Assembly: GCA_012295275.1 (NCBI GenBank)
Contig: CM022679.1
Coordinates: forward strand, 13,826,001-13,890,000
Reading direction: 5' to 3'
DNA: 64,000 nt
Origin: Chrysomallon squamiferum
Taxonomy: Eukaryota; Animalia; Mollusca
Positions 13,559 through 24,924 of this stretch are shown here, one piece after another. The notes below the pieces were generated by a model that worked only from the letters and a program-made list of their open reading frames with translations, was not told the origin of the DNA and ran no database searches. Within the stretch, counting starts at the first letter, position 1. The number at the start of each line of letters is the position of its first letter. The translations under genes were made by a program, and so were the position numbers.

Positions 13559-14354
13559 ATAAGTATATTTTTCTGCATATATTTTAAAAAGCTTGAGCTA
13601 TATAAAACAAAAAACAAATATGTATGTATGTATGTGTTTTCAAATATGTATATGGACGTGTAAGAAAAAGGTGATTAATATCTCATTTTGTTTACAATTG
13701 TTATTATAGTGTTACTTCCACATTGTATTTATTCGACATTCGACTGCTGATTATATAACATAATCGCTTGAAATATTTCAGAAATAGTTATGGTAATTAT
13801 TTTATGATCGTAATATATATATTTTCAATCGTTTTGAAATTAATAATCATGATATAATGATCATTACAATTTAGCTGCTTGCGCGAAGCTTTTTAAATTT
13901 TATTTTCGTTTTGTCGACGTGCTGAAGCCGGCGTTCGCGTGAACCTGAATAATAGTGCTAAAACAAAATGATTTTGGTCAAGGGAAACAACTCAAAATTT
14001 ATTTAAAGCATAAAAAGCATTTTATTCTGTGAAATGAAAACCAAGGGGAACAACTCATATAATGTATTAATTCGTAAACAAAAAGACATCTTCAAGAATT
14101 TCGGACGACGTGGAAGTGGTTTTTCCAGAATGTTCGTTTGGTACAGGGATGGTTTGCTTCGTGACATTTTATCCACAAAAGCAATCTGATGCAGTCGTTT
14201 ATATTTCGGGGGTGTTTTTTGCTCTAAAACATAGTACAAGTTAAATGCAAAATTTTGTATAGCATTTATTTAGTTCCAACGCCAAAAAAACCCCAACAAT
14301 TTACGTAACCTTATATGATCAAAACAGTTTTTATTTTCATTTTATTTTAAAACA

Positions 14355-17300
14355 ATGGGCATATTTAATATAATTTTGGTGTTTGCCTGCGTGGCACCGT
14401 TGACTGTGGCTGAAATATTTACATCCATGGCACAGCTGGAGGAAGCATTGTACGCAGAAAAGGATCTCGCCTATGCACTTAGATTATACATACAGAATGA
14501 AGAAGCAAGATTAAGCAAATTAAAAAGGTAAATTTTGCATATATTTTCTCTTACACTACTTAATAAAAAAATAACAATAACAATAACAACTACAACAACA
14601 AAAACGAAGAGGGTTTAGAATATAAATGAAATATTTTTGACTGTTTAAGTAGTAACTGATTTTTCAAGAAAACATTTATTTATTACTAATACCATTGGAA
14701 CTTCCACAATTATTAGACAGTAATAGTAGCAGTAGTATATCGTTTAACACTTTTTATTCACAAGTTTAAATATCGAAAGAATTTTTTTTAAACTAAAGGG
14801 CAGTTTAAAAAAGCAACAAAAAAAACAATTATCATTTTTAACTAAAAAGGTCAAATTTAGTGTATCAGACACAAATTAAAAAGTAAGAAAGTTAGTATCA
14901 CTTTTAAATAAATAATCTGACAGAGTGTTAACTATTAGAAACTTATTCACTAAAATATATTTTATACTTATAATAGAACTGCAGATGATTATGAAACTCA
15001 CAGCAACCTGGCACTGCAAAATCCAGAAAAATATATAGCCAACCCAATTGAGGCTTTTCTTTTTGTGAAAAAATTTACTCAGGACTGGGATAGGGATATA
15101 GCCAGTCTGTTTGCAACCAACCAAACACAGCAAGGTAATATTTAAATATTTAGCCTACTGTTTAATAACCTGTCTGATTTTAGATTTTTTAAAGATATAA
15201 AATTAAATCTACCATACCTGAAGTTAATAATAATAGTCTTAAGGAAAACTGTTATAGTTCTTTTTAAAAATTATTGATTAAGAATAACAAATATTAAAAA
15301 TTGTCCTTAACAGATTGTTTATTATGTTCCATAATTGTTTTGACAGTTGTCTTTATTGGTTTCTTTTTTTTCTTTTTTAGTGTCTTTCAAAATATGTATT
15401 AAAGCTGGTGATTTTGCAAGGGATTTTTTTTTTTTTTTTCTTAATAAGTGAATATACTCTCTACATTTTTAAATTTTATTTGATAAAACTTCTAAATCTA
15501 CTGGCATTGGAAACAAACTAATTTAGTTGAATAATAATAATAATTAGTAATAAATAAAAAATATTAATTGAATTTTAAATAATTACTTAATTTTTCTTAA
15601 ATATTTTCCCAAGCATTTATTATCAACAGTGACAGTTTTTTTTTTATAAAGAATATTTTCATTTAAGATTTATTAGCAAGAATTGCGCAGTATCGCAGAT
15701 TGCTGCCAAATGAAGAGGATTTTGAAGGAGCAGTTTTGGGTTTGATACGACTTCAGGATACATACCAGCTTGAAACAACCAGACTTGCTGAGGGTGACAT
15801 CAACGGAATCCACTTTTCAGAACTAACAGGTAGAATCATTGCAACAGGCAAACAAATAAATTTAATAATAAATTAAGTTAATATTTTGACGTAACAGTTT
15901 TTGTTAGTGATAGATAGATGAGGTAGTTTCAGTTAATATTTTTTTTAAATAGATATTTTAATATGTTTTAATTTTATTTGAGTAAGTTTAGGTTTTTATT
16001 AGTAGTTTACAGACAAAGCAGTTCAATTGGGGTGGGGTTTTTTTTTAATACTTTTTACATTTAATTTGAGTGTATAAATGAGTTTGTATTTGCACCTTGG
16101 GCAGCATTTTTTTTTAATAAAATAGTCTAAAAGTTTTTTGTATATTTATATTTTAAATTATCCTTACTTAAATGACTTGAACTAATTTTGATAGTTGTTT
16201 ATATGCATTTACAAAATATCCCTACCAAAATAAGCATTTTGTCTTAAACCAGAACTTTTAATAATTTGAAAACAAAATAGAAATGTTATTTGAAAATTTG
16301 AAAATTAGTTTGTTTTATATTTCCTAGCATTATTTTAAATAATGTTTTATCAACATATAAGAATCTGTAAAAAAATTTAATTATTCCTTTTTTGTTCAGC
16401 ATGGAATTGTAATGCATGTGCCAGATAATTTGAAGCTTATGCTGTTTACCATGAAAATGTCATTACATGACATTATGTTAGTCCAACTTGTGAATAATGT
16501 GGTCTGTATATATGTAGATAAATAACAGTGCTTTTTCAAGTTTTCCAGATGCAATTTAACAAAAATTACAGGAATGTGTGCCATGTGACCAAATTAATTG
16601 ATCCAAACCCCTGTTTTAATCCATTGTGTTTTATCAAATACATATATTATACAGAAAAAGTTATAATGAACTAACTTCCTAAACTTGAAAGTATTTTCTT
16701 TTATTAGCATACTCTCTGTATATATATATAGATGTTTCTCTGTAGTGGGAAGCTGTAAATTTTCAAGGAAATGATTTTATGGTACTTGTTACTGCAAGAA
16801 CTGTGTAACCAAATATTCATTTACTAACTTTACGACTTTTAAGCACTGAATTTAGACCAAAAAAGTTTCCCATGAATGTTGAAATCTCAAACTGATATAT
16901 AAAAATATACCAAAACATTTTTCAAAAATGTGGGGGAAATGTTGTGGGATTCAAATGGAGAAAAAAAATAAAGAATGCATGTGATAGATAAAAGTCTTTA
17001 GACCTAGATATGTGAAAAATAAAACAAAACAAAAAAATAACACAGTGCTTCCAAAACTTCAAAAACATGTATATTTGTATATTAACAGCATGATCCAGGA
17101 CTGCTTTCTTTCCAGCCAGTTCTTGCTTTGAGATTGGTCGTGTCAGCTATGAGATGAATGATTTCAGTCATTCAGACATGTGGATGAAGCAAGCATTGAG
17201 CAGACTGCCAGACCATTCACAACAAACAGAACCAAACAAAGCAGTCATACTTGACTATCTGGCATTTTCAGCATACAAGGTTGGTTCTTGGGCTTGAACT

Positions 17301-19342
17301 AGCTGTGGGGAGAACTGTAATACTATAACCATGGGGTTCAGCATGGTCTGATCACAAAACCTTTCATCAGTTACATAGATTTCCACATACCAATCTCAAA
17401 AAAACACCTAAATAAAATAATAGCTTTTGAGGAAATGTAGCAGAAATTCAACTGATTTATATATGTTATTTATGTCTTCATCACCTTTGGTATTTAAAAA
17501 TGTTTAGTCAGATTCAGTTTATATAGTATTCTTTTTCTGTTAAATTTTTTTAACTAATTCTAAAATCTCAAAACTTTGAATTTATAAAAATGCCTGCTCC
17601 ATCTGCAAAATATGAAGATGAAATTATGTATGTGTGATGTGTGCTTTTCAGGTTGCTGTGTCTGGCACTTTACAATTTTTGTTTTTTTCTGCTGATATTC
17701 TATCCTGAAAATGTATGCTGTACTAACATAAGTAAGCTTTTTTTTTAAAAAAAAAAAAAAAATTATTTTAACATAGAATAGTGAAAAATATAGGCTTTTT
17801 ATGATTTTTAGGCACTTAATTTACCAGCAACAAGAATATTAACTGATTCACTTTCTGAGTTAAAATTAATAATATATGCATGATATTTAATTTTTTATTT
17901 AAAAAAAAAGAAAAGAAGTGGATAAGATTTTTGAAATTATGCAGAACAGGAGAATATCTGAAAGCATTATTTTATGGCATGGATTTACATTCATCATTTC
18001 TGAACTATCTATTCATGGCATGAGTTTACAGATGCTAATGCTTTTACAAAAATTAATACAAAGCTAGATAAAACTTTTTTCATGCACCATGCAAAAAACC
18101 AGAGCATCCAAAGCATGAAATTTCAAATACTTGAGAACCTACAAAGAGAAACATTTCTGATAACATCTCTGACTCTATGTAGCTGAGGAATGCTACACTA
18201 TTGGAAAGTATGCCTACTTCGCTGATGACTTCTATCACACTTACTTGTGGATGAGGGTTGCTCTGGCCAAGGAATCATTTGAACAGAACAAGACAGTTGC
18301 TCGATCTGACATTCTAGATTATTGTGCTTATGCTACAGCCAGGGTAAGCACTGTCCTGTAATGCCATGAACAGACATTTGTCATTATGTTTCCAGTGACT
18401 TGGTCTTAGTTTAAGATTTACTTTGTTACCTGCAGTGTTTTCATATGCTATTTCAGGTTAATTTTTTATTTTTTAAATTAATGTTTAATGTATTTTTTCA
18501 AATTACTGTTACACTGTTTTTACATATCTATATATATATATAGTTGTTTTTTTAATGGTTGTTTAATGGTATCATGTATTTCACAGTGTTTATACTACTG
18601 TTTGCAAACTATTGTATTAATTATTGTTTTAAAGTTATACTGTGTTATATTTAAGCTGTTTATTATGTTATTATGCTTTCATGTAGTCTAAAACTTTATG
18701 ATAGTACAATTATAAATTAAGAAATGTTACATAAAAATTTGTAATGTTCTGCTGTTCATTGGTTTATTGTATTATTTATTTTATTCTATTTCAATTAATT
18801 TTTATTTAATTTTATTTTAGTTTCATTTTATTTTTTTATTTAAAGATTTTCTTTCTTTTTTAAAGCAAATGCTGTAAAGAAAATGACAAATTTGATTTCT
18901 TTTCAAATGCCCATGTGTGAATCATTTTTAGAGCATTCTTCCTTATTCAATCAGCAGCTTAATGATGTATGTTGTGTAGTTTTAGTTATTCTGTTTCTGT
19001 TTATTTTCAGCAAGGAAATATTAGACATGCACTGAGTCTGACGAAGGAACTGCTGAAGATAGGTAAATTGCACTTAATAAAAATTAAAAGTTATTGAGAT
19101 AATCAGACTCTTTAATATTAAAAAAAAATAAGTGTTATCTGAATATTTCAGTATCAATATACCTTTTATTAAAATAGTATTTCTAATGTGAAAACTGAAA
19201 CTTGTAAAGTACCATTAATTTTAACTTCGAAATATTGCTTTTATATTTGTATGCATATAATGAATTCAGAAGTATTTATAGTAATCTTGTTATCTCTTCA
19301 TTTAAAAAGGGTTAGAAAAAAAAAAAATTGCATGATTGTAGA

Positions 19343-19376
<34 letters not shown>

Positions 19377-20565
19377 CATAATCAAAATTTGCTAGAAAGA
19401 TATATTTGATGTGTAAAATGAAAACACAGTGTTACAGGGGTGGAATAACTGGCTTTTTTTTTTTTTTTTTTTTTCACAGAGCCAAATCATGAACGAGCTC
19501 GGAACAATAAAGCCTATTATGAGAGAATTATTGCTGATGAAGAAAGGAAAGAAGGAAAACGTGGAGATGATGGAGAGGAACCAATAAGGAATCAGAGATT
19601 GAACAGACGAGGTTTTGAGTTCGAAACCTATGAAGCCTTGTGTCGGGGAGAAGATATCATAGTAGGGTTATTAATTTATCATCTTGAATTAAGTTAATAT
19701 TCCTTTCCATTCTATATGTTATGTAATTTAATTATAAAGTGTAATTCCTTAAAACTACTAGTAAGATGTATTAATATAATGTAAATACAAATTGTCCAAT
19801 TATTAAATAGTTGAAAGAAATGACCTGTGCTAAAGATTAGAAAATGAAATGATGGATATCTTTTTTTTAAATAAAATTAAATAAATATATATATATATAT
19901 ATATACACACAAATATAGATATATGTGTATATACCTATATACTTACATTATATATATATATGGAAGAAATTTACAAAAATACCTTAGAACTACATTTAAA
20001 ACAGTGGGCTGACATTATTTGCTCTATCAAAGATACTAACGTATTCCCAGAAAAGACAAATGTTTTTTAAAAACTTTAACATAGCATATGAACAGCTGAG
20101 GATTTCATAAAACTGAAATACAGTGCTTTCATTCTCTTTAAAACAGCCAATAAAAGATGCACACAAGTTGAAGTGTCGATACCAAACCAACAACAATCAC
20201 CCACTGCTGATTCTGAACCCTGCCAAGTTGGAGGAAGTTCACCTGAGACCCTGGATTGTTTTTTACCACGATTTTCTTAGCGATGCCAAAATTGAAACAG
20301 TTAAAAGTTTGGCTATGCCTAAGGTAACTTAAAGTGATATTGGTATTTGTTTTTTCCTTTTCTCCTGCATATGACACAAACAATAAGTAATATGATTTGT
20401 TTTTTTATTTCATATATTTTCTGCGTTTCCACCATCTAAGAAATGAAATACACTAATTCACAGGTTTTCACTTTGCTTATATTTTTAATCTTTCAGAAAT
20501 CTTGAATTTGTTTATGTTCTTAAACCAAATATTTGTACTAAAATTTTATTTTATTTTTGGGTTGA

Positions 20566-20599
<34 letters not shown>

Positions 20600-22994
20600 C
20601 ATCATTACTGTTATTATCATTATTTTAATTATCGTTGTTGTTGTTTTGGTTTTATCATTATCATGTTGTTTTTTTTTGTTTTTTTTTTACTGTTAGTATT
20701 TTTGTTGTTATTGTTATTGTTATTTATATACTTAATCCTTGAGTAATTTTTACAACCAGTTTTGTTTTTTAAATTTCAGCTGAATCGAGCAACAGTAAAT
20801 AACCCAGTAACAGGAAAACTAGAAACAGCCAGCTACAGAGTTAGCAAGAGGTCAGCATTACAGACTATTTGTATATAAATAATTGTAGTACTTAGATCAT
20901 ATATGTATTAGCATTACAGTTTATTGTATAAAATATTTCTTGACTAAGTACAGAGAATTTGGATATTTGTTGTATTTACAGTGTAATGAATGACTGAATA
21001 TTGTTTTTGGAAAAGTATTTACAGTATATCACATAAAACCAGGGTGTAACAGTTATAATGAATTTCCGTTATCAGGGAATTATTATAATTTAGGAAACCA
21101 TTATGTTTTATATAACTTTTAAAATGCAGTGAGTTTCTTAGGTTAAAAAAAACACACCACCAAAATAGCAACAACCCAGTTTTCATTAGTTTTCATGGTT
21201 CTTTCCCTTCGTTAGAAAGTTGGTATTTCTTTCCTGTTTATTCACATAAAGAGACTAATATTTAGCACTTCTAAGTGTTTAATGTTATTTTAATTGCCAG
21301 TGCATGGCTGGACACAAGTGAACATCCACATATTGACAGAATAGTGAAACGAATTGAAGCAATTACAGGTTTAAATATGAACACGGCAGAGGAACTGCAG
21401 GTAAAATAAAAAAATAAAATAACATGTACATGTGTACATAAAGAGTGCATAAAGAATCCTCGCACAAAAGCTACACAAGTTCAGTATCAGTTACATTTGT
21501 TAATTCCCAAAGATAACATAATATCTGTGGAGGGGTAATATCCCAAAGACGCAAGGAGAGTACATTTTATCATATCAAGAAGCATTAAGATTGTATCTGT
21601 ATCTCCTCAGATGAACACTTTTTTCATATTTAGATAAGAAGCTTCAAAAATGTAAACGTTTAAATATAATAATAATATGAACCTGTTTGTTCATAATATA
21701 TGTTACAACAGAATCTAATAATCCAAATGTTTCCTTATTTTATGGCTAATGTAATTATAAAATAATTAACTAAATTTTGTTTCTAATATTTTGTTATTTC
21801 AGGTTGCTAATTATGGAATAGGAGGCCATTATGAGCCACACCATGATTTCAGTACTGTAAGAACAATTTGGTTGTCTTAACTTAATGTTTGTCTCTTTAC
21901 ACTTTGTTATGTATTTATGAAACTGTACAAAAGGCACTATGTTTTCTCCTGACAGAACAATTTGGTTTGAATTACAACACAATCCACAAATTGTACCTTT
22001 TGTATTTTCAAACATACATCTTTGGATTTTTTCTAAAAAGTTTGTTAAAAAATTTGTTTATTAATTATTTAACAATGAGTGTTTTATATTTTTAAAACTT
22101 ATAATAGTTAATATTATTGTTATTATGATTTTTGTTATTATTATCATTATTACATTTTTTTTTTTTTTTTTTTATACAGAGGAAAAATGATGATGCATTT
22201 AGTTCACTGGGAACAGGGAACCGAATAGCTACTTGGCTGAATTATGTAAGTTAAAGTCTTTTTACTTAAAAGTATTTGTTAGAAATACCCGAAAGAAATT
22301 ATTCAGAAATCAGTTCATTAACCAATATAAAGAGTTACTTTGTTTTGCTGTAATTATTTAAATAAATATTTTTAGTAACTATAAACTTGAGAATTCTTTG
22401 AATTGTGTCTTGTTTTTATCATATTGTTTCTCTTGTATCAGATGAGTGATGTAACTGCAGGTGGAGCCACTGTGTTTCCAAAGATAGGAGTTAAGTTATT
22501 TCCTAAAAAGGTAAAAAGCTGTTTTCTCAAAACTACTTTTTTCATTTAGTTATTAATATTTATTTAGTTATTTTAGGTTAAATATGTTTTGTTTTTTTGT
22601 TGTTATTTTTTTTTATTTTTTTTAAACTGAATGAAATTATGAATAAACAGATTTTATTTTATATGTGTGTGTGTGTGTGTGTGTAAATACTTTTTTTTTT
22701 TTTTGTCTTTTTCCTCTTTTTTTTGTATAAATTCAGATACAAAATTTAAATTATTATTAATAAAGTTGTTCTCTATAGGACTTTTATAAAATATACAGTA
22801 AAATAAAGTTTCATTTTTAATCTAAGGGAGTTTCTGCTTTCTGGTACAACCTGTACAAAAGTGGAGAAGGTATCTTTGAAACCAGACATGCAGCCTGTCC
22901 TGTTTTGGTGGGTCAGAAGTGGGTATCTACAAAGTGGATTCATGAAAGGGGACAGGAATATCGTAGACCTTGCAGTATAGATCCCACTGAATAG
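14355..22994 (+). CDS. P4HA: Collagen prolyl 4-hydroxylase alpha subunit (P4HA1/P4HA2-like), 531 aa with exon 4a or 530 aa with exon 4b
   Basis: Exons: 14355-14527, 14977-15134, 15668-15829, [17116-17279 or 18183-18343], 19011-19062, 19480-19661, 20147-20323, 20780-20850, 21301-21400, 21803-21856, 22180-22245, 22442-22510, 22827-22994. All introns are GT-AG and phase-consistent. Motifs: signal peptide then EIFTS, LIRLQDTY, YRVSKSAWL, ELQVANYGIGGHYEPHHD (HxD), GNRIATWL, TRHAACPVLVGQKWV, RRPC. Confidence 0.97.
17116..17279 (+). CDS. P4HA: P4HA alternative exon 4a (peptide-substrate-binding/TPR domain)
   Basis: 164 nt, TTTCCAG acceptor, GTTGGT donor, phase 1 to phase 0. Encodes ASSCFEIGRVSYEMNDFSHSDMWMKQALSRLPDHSQQTEPNKAVILDYLAFSAYK. 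Confidence 0.9.
18183..18343 (+). CDS. P4HA: P4HA alternative exon 4b (peptide-substrate-binding/TPR domain)
   Basis: 161 nt, ATGTAG acceptor, GTAAGC donor, phase 1 to phase 0. Encodes AEECYTIGKYAYFADDFYHTYLWMRVALAKESFEQNKTVARSDILDYCAYATAR. Confidence 0.9.
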
Positions 22995-24841
22995 TTGTAA
23001 AGCATAATCCAGACATTGTTTCTATAGCAAAACACACACATGTGTATAATACTCATTTTATTATTTTTTTTAAAAAGTATGTTGAAAAACAAAATCATTC
23101 CTCACTGACATGTATTTTTAGTTTTTATAAATGTATTACTAGTTTACAAGATGTGTACATTTTTTGATACTTTCAGTATAGCCACTACTTCATAACGTTT
23201 TTCAAAATGAATTGCCATTAAATTATCTTTACAGATAGCTTTTGTGTAATTTTTTCTCTTTATGATATATAAAAAATAGCAAATGCATTTATGGAAAAGC
23301 ATTTACCAAAACATTTTTATCAAAAGGGAAGCAATTTAAATTCATAATATTTAATATATTGTTCAAGGGAAATAATCTTCATGTTTAGCATAATACTTTG
23401 ATTTTATTTTTATTTTTAAGTAATATGTTTGATTTTTAGAGAAATAGATATCTCTTGCTGCTAATAATTAAGTATTACTGTATCATTTTCTGAATATATA
23501 GTCCCCAGACAGTTTTCAAAGTTCTTGTTACAACTTTTGTATGTATATTATGCTTTCATATAGACATGTAAAGAGTCTGCAAATGTGTATTACTTTTTCA
23601 TGTTTTTATTATTATTTATAGTAATTATTATTAAATAATAAGGGGATATCAAATAGGATTTTTTTTTTTTTTTGGTTATGTTAGGGTATTTTGTTGGTTT
23701 TTTTTTTTTTTTTCTTCTCATAGCATATTTTGTTAAATCCATTTATCTGTATTGAAATGCAGCAGTGTACAGCTGTTTTTATAACTTGGAATGTTAATAG
23801 ATATGTCATTCACTGGTTATTATTATCATTTATCAATTTGCCATCTTTCTGGTCAGTTCTGCAGCAGAAAACAAAATAGGTATCAAAATTTAATCTTCAG
23901 ATTTTATCAGTTACTATTTATGCTTTTGTTTTTCTATATCAAAATTTGCCATTCTCAGTTTATGGTCTGTGAACAAAATAAAACTGCTAGATAATATATA
24001 TCTTTTTATAGCTTAAGTTGAAAATATACTTGAAGGGCTTAGAACTAGAATGGTCTAACTTGTACGTTGGTTACTAAGACAAACAAAAATGAAAAGTAAT
24101 GAACTGTGGTTCATGGGACAGGGTGCAGTCATGAGTTTCTTTAGTTGGTTTTTATATGAATGAAATAAGATAAAAATTAACAAAAATACGAGAAAACTCA
24201 AACAGGTGAAAACTAAAAAAAATTTATAAAGACCTGAAGTTCAGTGACATCATAGTAATTTATGAAGCACTGGACTATTCAGTCAACATCTTATCACCAT
24301 ATAATAAAAACTCATTTCTTATTTCTGTCAGGGTAGTTCCACTCTGGTTTTCAGCCCTTCATTTTTAACTTTCTTGGTGATATACTAAATGGAAACGTCT
24401 TGTTTTTTTCCATGTCTCCAAATTCAGCTGGTCTGTTTATGTAGTTAGTGTTGTGTTCTTCCATAGTGAATTTTTAGTCTGGGAATTGGTACCTTTTACA
24501 TACTATTCTCATTTTTTTTATAATTTTAAAAAAAATCTTTTTTCACAGAGAGAATTGTAAGTTTTTTTTGTAAAATTAGTTACAAATTCAGTATAAATTT
24601 TACAGTATATGTACAGTTTCTTGTGTATCATCACTAAATTTATTTGTAGATGATTTCTAAATATGTTTAGAAAGCAGACTGTTGAATGTTTTGTCACTTA
24701 TATTTTAAAGTTTATTGATGTTTATCTGAAAATGTACATTTCATTACTTTTATACATGCTTTTCATGTCTTTTTCTTAACCAGTGAGAGATCAAACTTAC
24801 TTTTTCATTTTGATTTGAATTGTTGTATCACTGCTTTTAGC

Positions 24842-24924
24842 AATAAACTGTTTTATATAGATGTATAGTTATTATCTGTTTAAAAGACAATAAATACAAG
24901 GTTTTTAAAAAAAAAGTATTTATT
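24842..24924. terminator. Candidate back-to-back polyadenylation signals (P4HA on +, PSD long isoform on -)
   Basis: AATAAA on + at 24842 and 24889; AATAAA on - at 24924-24919. These coincide with a visible switch from T-rich to A-rich + strand. AATAAA has low specificity in this AT-rich DNA. Confidence 0.35.

Noticed and set aside
21020-21110. Possible Tc1/mariner-type MITE remnant (TACAGT...GTTATAATGAA); similar hints near 16740 and 25660
   Set aside because: Matching opposite TIRs could not be identified.
22915-22945. KWVSTKW instead of vertebrate KWVSNKW as a sign of inactive P4H
   Set aside because: HxD, the distal His and the 2-oxoglutarate Lys are intact, and Thr at this position occurs in active plant/algal P4Hs.
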